From: Bigelowiella natans CCMP2755
Taxonomy: Eukaryota > Protista > Cercozoa
Reading direction: 5' to 3'
Length of the DNA stretch: 64,000 nucleotides
Assembly (NCBI GenBank): GCA_000320545.1
Contig: ADNK01000245.1
Coordinates: 1-64,000 of the forward strand
The position numbers were made by a program, and so were the translations under genes. The notes under the pieces are model-generated. The model did no database searches. It was not told where the DNA came from and worked only from the letters and a program-made list of their open reading frames with translations. Below, piece by piece: positions 25,013-38,361 of the stretch (positions within the stretch are counted from its first letter, which is position 1; every line of letters begins with the position of its first letter).

Positions 25013-26400
25013 GTATAAATATGATACGAAATATGCTCCACGTGTTGATGTACAAAGCTTACGATGACGGCTTATCTACCTAATGCCTGACTCTACGGGA
25101 AGACCAACGCCATCCCAATCACGAGATCCAAGCCCCCTGAGCACCATTTGCTGCTGCTGCCCCTTACCACTCCCGAATGCTGATGCAATTGGCGCAGGGC
25201 GGGAGGGAGAGAAGGGAGACTTCTTTCCATCGGCCACTTCCTCATGCTCCTCCTCGCCTTGGTGCCGTTGCTGGGCAATTCCATCCTGGAATGCATTCTC
25301 AGCCGTCATCAGCGAAAAGGGCTTTCCTTCTCCGAGTATAGACACTCCTTCAACGGAGTGAGGGGCATCTGACCCTTCTCCTGACGAGGGAATGAACGGG
25401 TTGTAGGCGCTGAAACGGCGGCGTGTGGCGCTCGCGCTGCTGTTGAGTTCGTGAGCTCTCGTGTACCCGTGGAGGGAGACGACGCTGCGTAGCTTGATGT
25501 ACTCCTGGCGGTATATCTCAGCCTCATGCTGATTAAGCAGTAGCAAAAACAAAGGAAAGGGGGGGGGCTTCAAATCTACCACACATACAGATAGGGGCCG
25601 GTAGCACGTACAACCTGTGCCTTCTCCTTCGCAATAGCCTGATCTTCTATTTCCGCATATAGCATCCGGATATGCTCGGTCATCTCGCCTGCACGACGAC
25701 AACATAACAATGTCAATCAGCACGTTTTTGGCCTGGCGTAGCGAGAATGTTGTTAATTAAGCGTTTACGGGAAAGTGCTTGGACGGAGCCTGGGCCCATT
25801 TGTGCTCCATTTCCCTCCTCCCCGATCACACGACCGCTGGGTTTCGTGGACACCTGTGACAAGGGGTGGGGGTCAGCCTTGTTATTGCGGTGCATAGAAT
25901 GAAAAACCGAACGAAGACGGGGTTAGGAGCCAATGTTAGAATACTTGCTTCTTTCAATTCTTCGGACAATATGTACATCATGCAGTTTTATCTAATACTA
26001 CCCTCCTTCCAGTCTCTATAGATGACTGGCTTGTTATGCATCAGTCGCTTGCCCCCCACCCCTCTACAACTCTCCCTCTGGCTGCCACCTTTCCACAAAG
26101 AAGGTCGCGGAGTACGACCATATTCTTGATGCTATGCTGAAAGTTTAACTCGGACTTCAACAAGTCTTTCTCGATAACTTGGTTCTGATAAGAAGAAGGA
26201 GCCCGGGGAAGGGGAAGAGGGAAGGAGGTGTTGGGTCAACCTCGCTGTTTGATTTCAGGCTAGCACTGCGGGCATTGGAGTAGAGTGTGCTTGCGAGTGT
26301 GTGTCTGTGTGTGTGTGTTATGTGCCTTTTTTTCTGTGTCTAAGACTGCCAGATTCCGCTCTTGAATTGCCCTCCTGTGTTATCGATCGACAAACACAAA

Positions 26401-26470
<70 letters not shown>

Positions 26471-26593
26471 CTTTTATGCATGTGTTGCTGCATTTTCTGT
26501 TATATCGGGTCATGCCCCACCTCAGATGCTGGTTCTCCGAATCCAAATGCTTTACGCCGCCTGTTGGTGATGGATATATCCGATGAGGGGGGG

Positions 26594-26637
<44 letters not shown>

Positions 26638-27052
26638 CGGACAAATAAATCAGCAACGAAATGACACGAAACACCTTTCATAATACTCACATCTATCCGT
26701 AAAAAACTAATGCATGCGCTCTCCAAGTGCTCTACGACCCCACAAGAACAATGCAGCAGCATTATTATGCCCTAGTCAACCGTCTTTATCATCACTATAT
26801 GATACTGACGTGGATGGTAAGTCATGCATATCTCCAAATCGCTAAGCGACGACCTGCAATTTCTCGGCAGAATGATAGCATTCGTTTCGCATCCTTGGCA
26901 ACGTCAGACGCAAGGCCCATCTGCGAAAAGATACTATCTTAAGCGGAGACGACGCTCACTCTTGTTGGTAGATTGGAGAATGTGCGCTAAAAGTTAATCC
27001 AAAAATGCTGACAAATTTTACTCGGGGAGATATCGTGTTGCTTCGCCCAAAG

Positions 27053-27090
<38 letters not shown>

Positions 27091-27496
27091 TTATTAATAT
27101 ATGTATATCAATATATCTATATTATATATATATCCCGTGATAGTGATAATCACTTCACGGCTCCAGTATGGCACCAATTCGGTTCCAAATATTCTATTTT
27201 TTTAAAAAATCTCTCCTTCGAGAAGTGAGACTTAGGATTTCCCTTCTGTGGACTTTTCTTATGCGTGTTTCGGAGAACAACCGACCCCTCTTGTCAATCA
27301 CCTTTTCGCTATTATGCCATTGACGTATCTTCGGTGTGAGGCCTGCAGCTGACATTGGTCTATACATAGCGAGAAGTCGGCGCAAGGATTCCTGAGGAGG
27401 CAGATTCGTCGATTAATTCTATGAGCAGCAGCAGAGCGCTTGTCTTATTTCTTTGTTGGTTTGTATGCGAGTTAATACAACGCTGAGAGAGGGAGG

Positions 27497-27538
<42 letters not shown>

Positions 27539-30500
27539 GAGAGAGAGATAGAGAGAGAGGGAGAAGTGTAGAACTACTATACGTCCTCGCATTCTCATGA
27601 TGCTTAGTTTTCACACGAATTTGCTTGTTAAGGAAGCAAGGTCGGGGGGGTTGGGATAATTGGGGCGAGGAAGGTGGGTGAACGTAATAAAGCACATGAC
27701 ATATATATGAAATACCCATTGCAAGATACTATTTTGGCCTTTAGTGATATGGTTTTATGGTCGAGTCACAGAAAGGAATGCATATGCGTTGTCGTTGGTA
27801 TGATGATGAATCATCGTTAACTGCACCGACCTGGAGATCAGAGTATGCCTGCTCACACCTGCCCATCACCTCATCCTCGTCGACTACAATCATAGGATAT
27901 GTATGGGATTTGTGAGGGTTTTTTGGTTTAGGGGCAAGGAAGCATTAATCAAGAACGGGCTTGATGCACTTGTTTGATGTAGAGCACAGCTATCATCTCA
28001 TTAAAATATTTATGTAAGATCTGTGTCCCAAGCGGTCGGTCGACGATATTTCCCCAAGCATTCCGGCATTCATGGTCGTCATCATCGTCGGCCTCATCAT
28101 CATCATGATCATCATCATCATCATGATCATCTTCATCAGCCTCATTATCATCATCGTGTCCTCTTTCAATCTTAGTTAAGGTCATATTATCTCTGTAACC
28201 ATCACCTTGTCCAGAAAGCGTGAGCTGCTCCCTGCCGCCCCCCCGTCCTTCGTTGCCCTTCACCTCATTTGAGGCCGAGGGGTAGCGAGACTCGTCACCA
28301 CGACCTCCTCGTTGTTTCGCGGAAGAGCTCCCTCTTCTACCCCCCCCCCCTCCGCCGCGATGCTTGTGCTCACGAAGAAACCTGCGAGATGACGGTGACG
28401 ACGATTATGATGATGATGGAAAGGGCATTGGAGCTGCCTGTGGCCTAGGCTCGTGTCTCTTTCCTCCATGAGAGGACGGCGACGATGACAAGTGACGATC
28501 ATGATCATTCCCACCAGATGCAGATGCACGCTTCGCGTTCGTATGATTTCTTCTGAGGCTACTATTTGAAGCGGCGTCGTCGTAGGCACCGCCGGCGTCA
28601 TTATGCCCTCCCCTCTTTTGGCTTGGCCGTTGCTTCCGAACAACATCGTCACTATTGTCATTGCCCTTCGCGTCACCAAGAGTCCCCCCCACCCTTCTCC
28701 GGTCGGTCTTGCTGTCCCCCCTTCTCATTTTCCTCTCGTCGCCCTTTGGATTATTAGAAAAGGGCGTCGATGACGGCAGGGCATTCTTCAGCCGAATGGG
28801 GGAGGGGGGCGTGGCGTCCTCAAGAGGCTCTTCAAGATTTTCCTCGCGCTGCTGCTGATGCTCATCAGCACTGCCGTTGTGGATCAAGCGATTGACAGCG
28901 TACTCCAGGTCGTCGTCGCTGAGCTTGCTTCTCTCCTGATTGGCTCTTTCCTCCTCTACCCCCTTCATGGTCAGCATCTCTGCAGATGCAACGGAGAGGC
29001 TGCATTCGTCTTCTCGACTGTGGCCCTCTCGACCATCATCAAGGGCATTCCTCCTGCTAGGACCGCCTTCCTCATCGTCGTTACCACTATCATCTAAATA
29101 TTCTGCAACCTCCTCCCCCTCCTCCTCCTCCTCCTCCTGCTGCAGCACGTTTGGGAGAGCTCCCCCGCATCTGTTGGCCCTCATCAGCCTCTGCCCGAAA
29201 TTGAGGAGGCTGAAGGTGTGGCGAAACTGCGACGGACAGGGATTCGCAACAAGCATCACGACTACGTTCGTGACCCCTCTGAGGAGGTACGTGAGCTTTG
29301 ACGCCCGATAGTTTGGCCTCCAGGAATCACTCGCGCGAGCATAGTCGACGAGGAAGCTCTCGAAAGCACTGATCTCTTTTGCTACCCTCGTACGAACTCG
29401 CTGCGTCGGTATGCTGGGACTTCCGAAGGTCCTCACACCCGTGCTGCTGCTGCTGGAGAGGGAGGGGCCTGTCGCTGACGTCGCTGTCTTCTTCGGAGGT
29501 ACGGCAAACGAATCAAACCACGATGTAGGCACTTGCAATTTGTCATGCACATCCCACGGCGCAATGTCCACGAAATTCAGCCGTCCAACACTCCTTCGCA
29601 CGTAATAGGGCTGTGAGGGCCAAGATGATGGCGACGAAGACGACGATACTGGCCGCCGCTTGCTTCCAGATGTGTTGGAAGACGACGATGATGACAACTC
29701 GACTTGCTCCAGCGACACGGTGAAAATTAGATGCGTTGCAGAGGGTTTGGCTCGGGCCAGTTTGATCCTGTGCATTAAGCCAAGGATGTCGTGCAAAGAC
29801 TCTATAGTGATGCGCTCACACCCGATAGTGGAGACCTCACCGCTCTCTGGAATTTTCACAATCTTAACCTCCCCGTCGTGGGAATTGAAGACGTCTAGAA
29901 CCTGCGGCAGTTGTGTCATCACACGCGGTCATTTTCACCCCTCGATAAACAAAAGCGCCAAGTGTGATGATGCGGGAAAAAGGGAGGAACGAAAGACAGG
30001 GAAACAGTTTTTTTGGACATTTGTAGCGAACGTATTTCTACAATCATAGCTCATCGCCTATCTAGGTGTTTTGTACACGTACTTTTTCTTTGTTTGTGAT
30101 CAGTTTTGGAATGGGGTTTGCTTGCACTTACCATATCCCCTTTGAGGAAGACACCAGTGACTACGATCTGAAGTCGTTGCCCCGTTGTCGCAGCCATAGA
30201 GCGCGTCCTATTCAGTAGAGTCTCCAATGATCTCTAAAGAAACACAAGGCTATGAGGTGGTACAAGGAAATGCACGAATATACACATACATACACACAAG
30301 CAGTATGTGTTCAATGCAAGCAATAAACATGTATCTTTACATCATGCGGTTAATTTTACTGTTGGCCGCCCTTATGAGCGTGTTTGATGTGATGATCGAA
30401 GGTAAAAACCTGAATCAATCCACGATGTTTTCCCATATCATTGCCAAGTATTGTTCTTGTCTTGCCACTTCTCCGCGTCCCGATAGTAACATATGCGATG

Positions 30501-30614
30501 TTGCTGCCCTAAACAGGGGGGAGGAAGAGAAAATGTGAGAACGCTTAGTTGAATATAAACGCAATAATGTATTCATATTATATATATATAATTTAGAGTT
30601 TGTGTGTTTGTGTT

Positions 30615-30670
<56 letters not shown>

Positions 30671-31333
30671 GAAAGTTTTGTCGCTGAGAGCCCAATAACA
30701 TAAAAGTCTTGAATTCGCAGCTACGAACTGTACCTCGAACAGGTGGTTGATGATGGGGTTTAGTGTGCCTTTGAACACGAAATCTCGCATCCTGCTATCG
30801 TCACGAGCACCTCCATTCTTTTCACGGGAGGAAGAGGAGGTAGATGAGCGGAAAACATGATCGAAATTGAAAACCGTCGTGGCTGAGGGTCCCAGCATAA
30901 CCTTTTTTGGCGATTCGTTGTAAAATACAGAATCACATATACGTACGCACAGCATTATGAAGTCATCTAACTAATTAAATATAAGATAATTACTTTTAGC
31001 CATCTTACCAACCTGATTCGTATCGTTCTCCAGATAGAGCTGATACTTCTTCTCAGACGAGAGGATAGCGGTTTTGCCTCTGTTTGCAACGCCAATCGTC
31101 TGATTCAATGATCCGGACAGTGATGAGGATTGCGTCACAGAAGAGAAGGACTGCGACAGAGTGTGCTGAGGTCTCTTGTTCCTTGGCTGCCGCTTACGCC
31201 GTTCTTTTGGCCTTAATTCGGTGTGGAAGGCAGTATCATAAACATTAAAAATTGATAGTCTACGTTCTCATCCCCCTTCCCCAACTCCTCTAATGTACCT
31301 TGAAATCTGCAGGTACACGTTCAACGTTGCCAT
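23629..31333 (-). CDS. Highly divergent kinesin-motor-domain protein with long low-complexity and coiled-coil tail
   Basis: FNFDHVF, GTRRSGKTRTI (P-loop), HLIFTVSLEQ, GRLNFVDIA, PNYRASKLTYLLR and HTFSLLNFGQR occur in kinesin order. Continuity of the 3' exons down to 23629 is inferred. Confidence 0.75.
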
Positions 31334-32098
31334 ATTCCAAACTACCTGCTCTTTTACGCAAGTAAAGAGAAGGAAGTAGCCCCCAAAGACAAGATTCGCA
31401 TAGTTATGGAAATCCAGGAAATATACGTTTTGCAGGAACATCATAGTGGGACCTATAGCTTATTTATTAGCTGCTCACATCTTTCACTAACCTGTGCAGG
31501 GAGGGGGCGGATGATCAGTTACAATGCGTTCTCGTGAGTTGTAGTTAGACATTATTAGTAGGTTATTATGTGGATAGATTGTCTATTTTACGTGCATTCA
31601 TAGATCCAAAAACGAAAGCCCGGTGTTGGTCCCAGAAATATCTGTTTAGAATATTACCGGTGTAAAATACAGAAGGTAAAAAACCCAGAATCACGGATAT
31701 TGTCGTTTTTATAGGAAATACACAAATTATATACATACGTCATAGAAAGGACGATGTCGCAAGAAGAAAATAGAAAAGATCCTGATTTTTTTAATATAAA
31801 TTAAAGGTTCTTCAAGACGCACAGACAAAATAGAATACATTCTGCTCCCGAGCAGCTAGAATTAAAAAGTCGGGTAATGGCGCACTGCATGGGCTGGCTT
31901 GCGTGAGCGTTCAGCGAATTCACTCGCTGAAGAAGCATGCTTGTTTCATTCGATGTGATATGTTCGATACTACCACAGAATATTATGATCCTGTGAATAG
32001 AACAGTAGGTGGTGATGGTGCTGGTGGTGTGGTGGGGGTGACAGAGTTATCGGTTATTGTGCTCTATGCATGTTAGATTTGCCAACACCAAACACGCT

Positions 32099-32656
32099 AT
32101 GTCTCAGGTCACGAGGATGTTTAAGGAAAAAGTGCAGGATATTGGGACAACGTTCTTAGCGAAGTACAAAGAAGTACATAAGGACAAGAAGGAGGTGAGA
32201 AAATAAATGCCCTCAGCAACATCAATAAGAGTCTTAAGATTTTTTTATATTATTTAGGTTATACTAATAGATATGTTCCTTCTCTTCTCCTTCTTGACCG
32301 GAGTCGTCCAGTTCATCTATCTTATCATTGCTGGCCAGTTTCCATATAACTCATTCTGTGCTGGCTTCTTCTCTGCGCTTGGCGTCTTCGTCTCCACGGG
32401 TATGAAGAGAGTTGTAAGAATTTTGGAAGAAGGTGCTAGTATGTCTATCTTTACTTCGAGCTATAAAAGTTAATACTCCAACCTTGAAGAGCGACCTGAA
32501 ATTCTAAAATTTGTTTTGGGATTTATATCAGCCTGCCTACGAATGCAAGTCGTCGCCCCGGAGGATTTCGATAATATACCGAAAGAAAGAGCATTTGCAG
32601 ATTTCGTAGTCTTCAATGTACTCCTTCACTTCGTTGTAATAATGTTTATGGGTTAA
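32099..32656 (+). CDS. DAD1: Oligosaccharyltransferase subunit DAD1/OST2
   Basis: Three exons: ..LIDMFLLFSFLTGVVQFIY..GQFPYNSFCAGF..|ACLRMQV..ERAFADFVVFNVLLHFVVIMFMG*. Confidence 0.93.
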
Positions 32657-32859
32657 AAATTGATTGTAAATTCACGATAAATGTTGATATTAGCCGCTCA
32701 CAATGCTGCTGTGAGCATGCAAAGGCAACATGAACAGATTTCAGGGCATGTGTATCTGTGCCTCTCTCATCATGTCATGTAGCGTGGCATCACCAATGGG
32801 CACATTGCATGCACCATCCATCAACATGCAGCATGCCACATGTTGTGTCCATGTGTAGT

Positions 32860-34528
32860 CACCATGCACCATGCTGACATGGTTTGTTCTAGTGAGGCGC
32901 AATGGGCATGCTTTCAAATCGTCATCTCGCCATTGGCGCGAGACGGATGCAATGAATTGATCAAATCTGCAAATCTTTTCAATGGTCGACCGTGACAACA
33001 TGAACTGCGTTCTCGATCACGTCGACCTCATCTCAATGTGGGCGGCAAATGCAGTGCGCTGTCATGACCAGATGAGACGAAGCGCAATGGAAGCTGATCG
33101 AACGCATCATGCAGCTCGCAATCTAGCAATGGCCCGTTTCGACGCGACAACAATGCAATGGACATGCGCATCACGCCATGGGCATGCACATGCTGGCATG
33201 GCTGCTGGCATGCTGGCATGCAAGCATGATGCAAGACGGATGTGATCAATCAAATCAAACTTCCAGACTTGTTCAATGGTCATCTCAACGTGGCTGTGCA
33301 ATGCGCAGTGCCAGAGTGATGTGCACTGTGCGTGTGTCGTCTGCAGTCTTGCTTGCACAGGCTGGCCTGGCTAGCTCATCTGGTCATTTTCACATTGAAA
33401 ACCTGCACGACACATCCAGACATCGATGCATCGAACACCACTAGACGTGCAGACCAGCAAGGAAGGCATCGCACGACGTTTGCACAAACACAACGATGTG
33501 CTGTTTGGCTCTGGGGCTGTGTGCACTGCGATCTGCACGTGTGCACGTGCTTTTTGCACATTGTTCACCATTGCGTTGCCAGGCGCGCGCCAGCTGTGCG
33601 TCTGCTTTTGTTCCAATTGCAATGAGCAGAGTGTGAGCTGCACACCAGCAGACCAGGCTGGCAGCAGGCCAGCCAGCTAGCAGGAGACACAGGTGCATGA
33701 TGGACATGCAACACACAATGCATGTGATGTGCACAGTGCATTGCTGTGTCCATCATGTGCACATCCATGTGCACCAGTCTGGCATGGCAGTGCACATCGT
33801 GCAAACTTCTCAGCATCGCCTCTGCAAGGAAGAAACTCACATCGCAGAAGAAATGGCCAGAGAGAGCATCTGCGGGGGGGCGGTGCAGACTTCACCACCC
33901 TGCTAGCCTGCTCAGTGCACTTGCACGTGCACAAAATGGATTCCTTGCACAGGCAATTGTGGTTCCATCCATGCATTCCGTTGAAGGAATCATGGGACGA
34001 AAGTCCTGATGCCTTCTCTCAAGATTTGATGCCACTGTGTTGCATTGAGCATGCTGGCATGCACTTGACCGCTGCTGTGATGAGTTGATGCGCCCAACGT
34101 GCGATTTCTGTGTTTCTGCTTCAGGAAAAATGCTGTGATCGATCAGTTGTGTCTAGATTTGTGTGGCCGCAGCTGGTGAAAACACTTTTTCTTTTCACTT
34201 TTTCTTTTCAGAAGATTGGGCTTGCACGAAATGACATTTTCTTTTGGTTCAACGACAACGGCCAAATCTCCATTCCGTTTCTTCTTGCGCTCCTTTTCAC
34301 ACACATGGATTTTTCGTCGCCACCCACGTTTGCAGCCATGGGAAAGGAACAATTTGTGGGCTTTGCTTTTTGATGCCAACAGTTTGTTTCGAATTCGTTC
34401 GAATGGCGCCATGACTTCGTTGCCCACCCTTGATTGCTGTTTTGCTGTTCTTTCATCTGCATGAGATTGGATGCAAAGGAAAGACCCGATTTCAAAAGCT
34501 TGAACACATCGCATGTGATTCACAGTGG
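32860..34528. other. TpA-erased island (hypermutated intergenic DNA)
   Basis: By-eye count: 7 TA dinucleotides in about 1.67 kb, all within CTAG. CpG is common and TG/CA are strongly enriched. Confidence 0.9.
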
Positions 34529-35059
34529 TATTTTTTGAGAACCAACAGAGTTACATAGTTTGACCTGGTTTGCTGTTCATTTTTTTTTTTGTGCTGGCAT
34601 TCCCCCTCCGCCGAGGCTCGTCTAGAGCGACTGCTTTCTTCTCCATCTTCCTCGACAATTTCGAGTGCTTAGAACGATTGAAATGAAACGTATGAAGGAT
34701 TCACTCAGTTCTTGATAGATGTTAAAACCAAGCAACTCCACCTTTGGGTCGTCGCTGGCAGCTTCTCTCTTCCTGGCCCTCTTCTTCGGAGCCATTGGTA
34801 CCCATTATATAGCTTTTAGAAAAGGGATGCCCTTACATACGTGCGACAACATATTGTGGGATATAATCTTAGAAGGAAAACCGGCATGCAAGTCCACCGC
34901 TGCAAGTACGTGAGCAGCTCCCGATATTAACCAGCGTTTAGATAGTGCGACATGATATAATATTCTAAAAAGGAAAGAAATATCCCCTGTAGCAGACGTG
35001 ATGATGATGGCAGTGTGACGAGAGCGCCCCATTAGGAGTCGACGTGGTTTTCTGACATC

Positions 35060-35467
35060 ATGCAGACCCTCTTTCCCCATGGGGTTGGGAAGCAGGTGTC
35101 CTGGCTACTACTCATCTATGTTCTTTGTAGCTACACCTTTTTGGGCCGAGATATCTATTGTTATGCGGAAGCTACAGCTGGGGGGGCACCTTCCCCTGCA
35201 TCATCTGCCCGCAGCAACAGCAGTAGCAGCATTAGTAGCACTCACAGTTATGAGACTCCCCAGAAGGTGAAGCTCTCTTATTCAGGAACAACTAGGAAGG
35301 TTTCGGTACCTCCAACCTATAAGGAGCTTGTGAAGTCTGTGCCGACGTTCTTTCCCAGCATTATTGTTACCGATGACCACACACCCCGGGTTGGTATCAG
35401 TTATGTGGACAATGATGGAGACGAAGTTACCATCCAGAGGTGGTGAGAGAGGGTTCATTCATATGGG

Positions 35468-35517
<50 letters not shown>

Positions 35518-35545
35518 CATATTTTCGCATACACTAACACACACA

Positions 35546-35606
<61 letters not shown>

Positions 35607-36536
35607 TATGGTGTGTTTGTATGTAGCAAGCGATATTTGAAGGACAGTGGTATTTCAGCCATGTAGTTTCTATTCGCTACGATTCACTTATCAACCGCAC
35701 CGCTTTGCGAACCGTGATAGTGCTACTACGTTCTTTTCTTGCGACTGGCTTGAGCAATGCTTTGCACTATTCAGCGATGAGGAGCTCACAGAGGCTCTTA
35801 AAACGGCAAAGTAATATTATCAGCTACACTCAATTCTTCTGGAAGATTTGAAAACAAGAACAAACATATATAGAGAAATGAGATATAGAAAATGAGATAT
35901 ACACAATGTCAATATTAAAATGAGATACACTGTTAGGATAAAATTAAATTATTGCTCATCATCCCCATGGTTCACCTATGGAATACTCTACTATTCCCAC
36001 TCTTCTACTTGCGTCTGTGTACGATATCAACAATTAGGGACACTGGACGTGTGCTCAAGATGTCGATAACTACTATCTCCTCCTCCTCCTCCTCCTCCTC
36101 CTCCCCCTCCTCCTCCTCTTCCTCGTCCAGTGAGATGGAGGAGTACACGAGCGAGTCTGACATGGAAGCAAACGTGATAAAAGATGCAAAGGCAGGAAGG
36201 GGGGGGGCGAAAAACAACACCCCAGAAACGACTACAACGACGATAGCAATGGATGGGGACCGTCGTCACTTCCCTTTATTGGTTAAAGTCAAAGGCAGTC
36301 AAGACAGCAGAATGGACGGTGTGTACGCACTACTGCGAAATGGTTCATCTATGCCGGAGGAGGGGAAGCATGCGGATGGTAGTCTTAGAGAGACTGCTGC
36401 TTCTTCTGCTGCTGCAACTCGGCGGGGGGGGAACAACGGTGAAGAGGATGAGGTGGCGAGGGAGGATAATTGGCCGGTCTACCGACACATAGAAAACCCA
36501 GAATATGTGAGTAGTATATCATGTTTCTGTATGATA

Positions 36537-36569
<33 letters not shown>

Positions 36570-36908
36570 TAGCACGACCAAAGTTGTTGAGCTCACCTCC
36601 AACATGACTGTCATTGAGATAGATTTTAGTAAAACACACACCAATCTCAAACCGTTGCTTTTCCATGCCTGCATGTGAATAAGCGTAACCTCCTTCTCCC
36701 CCCCTCCCATGCAATATCCTGTACAGTGGATACGGCATTTCGGGAAGAATTGGGTGGTAGATAAGCACCCTACTTGCGGGATTCTGCTCCTGCAAGGCAT
36801 TTGCGAAGGTAGGAACGGGGGAGGGGGGAGTTGGTGTACGTACGCGTACATGACGTTCGTGTTTAGACGAATGCAAGCGCACATACACAAATACACACAC
36901 ATATTTGC

Positions 36909-36960
<52 letters not shown>

Positions 36961-38031
36961 TTCGTTTTTTCAGAGTCTTTCTGCCGATCCTACAAGTGTA
37001 AAAGTCGGCAAGTGGCTAATTTACGCCGTTAAGGTATTAATCATCCCTAATTCTTCACAAACCTTGCCATTATTATCATTCTTCAATCGCCACAACCAAT
37101 CGTCCTTCTACCACCAGGAGAAGCAGTGGGTCGATGCGAAGACGATGGAAATTGTCGCTGAAGGGAAGGGGGTTGGCCAGGAAAAGAGCGGCAAAAGTTA
37201 CAGCAAGAGCAGCAGCATTGAAGGAGGAGAGCAAAGGAGTAGTAGTAGCAGTAATGCTACCGGGAATGAGTACCGAAGCCAGCTCCATCGACCCAAATCA
37301 TCATCAACCTCCTCCCAAGTTGCTGTTGGTGCTGCTGCTGCCAGTAACATCTCAGATCCCCAAGAGACACCAACAGGCGTGATAAGTGATCCTGAGGAGG
37401 GGAGAGACGTAAAGCGACCATCATCATCTCAACAACAACCACCACCATCATCATCATCATCATCATCGTCGTCGTCGTCTCCGTCCCCCAAAGATACCAC
37501 CAGAAGAGACCGCACAAAGAGCACGAAATCCTCCTCCTCCTCCTCCTCCTCCTCCTCTTCCACGTCTACGACACCCACAAAGAGGACTAATAGCTCCTCC
37601 TCCTCCTCCTCCTCCTCCTCCTCCTTCTCCACATCGTCGTCGTCGCCACCGCCACCACAACCTCCCTCGTATGGCAGTGGAGACAGACACGAAGTGCGGA
37701 CTCCCGCATCCACAGGGAGAGGGGCACAAGGAGAACAAGATAATGACGATGATAATGATGATGATGATGATGACACAAACCACACCATCAAAACCCCACC
37801 ACCACGCCTCAATAGAACCAGCGGTAGCAGCCCAGGCGATGGGGACAACGATGGCGTCGATATTGTAGGAATCAACCAAACACATCTAAGCATGCAGAAT
37901 TGACCATCAATCGTAACATAATATGTCTTAATGTTGGCTGCTGCGCGAAGCAACCATCAATAGTCCTCACCATCATAAAGATGAAGATTCATCGCCACCA
38001 TCGTCAACCCCGCCATCGTCATTACCATCAC

Positions 38032-38065
<34 letters not shown>

Positions 38066-38265
38066 GTTTTGCGTTTTGTTGTGCTTCCTGCATTGTTGGC
38101 GTTTGTGTTTACAACTGAGTAGTTTCGAACCCATCCTGGAATAAAGCCCCTCCTCGGTAACGACCTTCCCTCGCAACCGGTCAGTACCCCGCCCCTGGTT
38201 CTCTCTCCTCCTTGCCCGGCATTTTCCCTTCAGCCTCTCTAATCTTTACTGAATGAAATATTTAT

Positions 38266-38307
<42 letters not shown>

Positions 38308-38327
38308 CTATGTTATGATATTACAGT

Positions 38328-38361
<34 letters not shown>

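Noticed and set aside
32741-34523. Dense overlapping His/Cys/Met-rich ORFs in all six frames (also 18858-19655, 51231-52217, 56761-57221)
   Set aside because: These are a by-product of TA loss: TAA and most TAG stops and Tyr codons are missing. They are not credible genes or metal-binding proteins.
32860-34528. Ordinary methyl-CpG decay or fungal-type RIP as the explanation of the TG/CA excess
   Set aside because: CpG remains common and TpA is what is missing. C->T processes would leave or increase TpA.
34719-34913. Short hydrophobic ORF upstream of the PB1 gene
   Set aside because: No recognisable family, and it could not be spliced confidently to the downstream gene.
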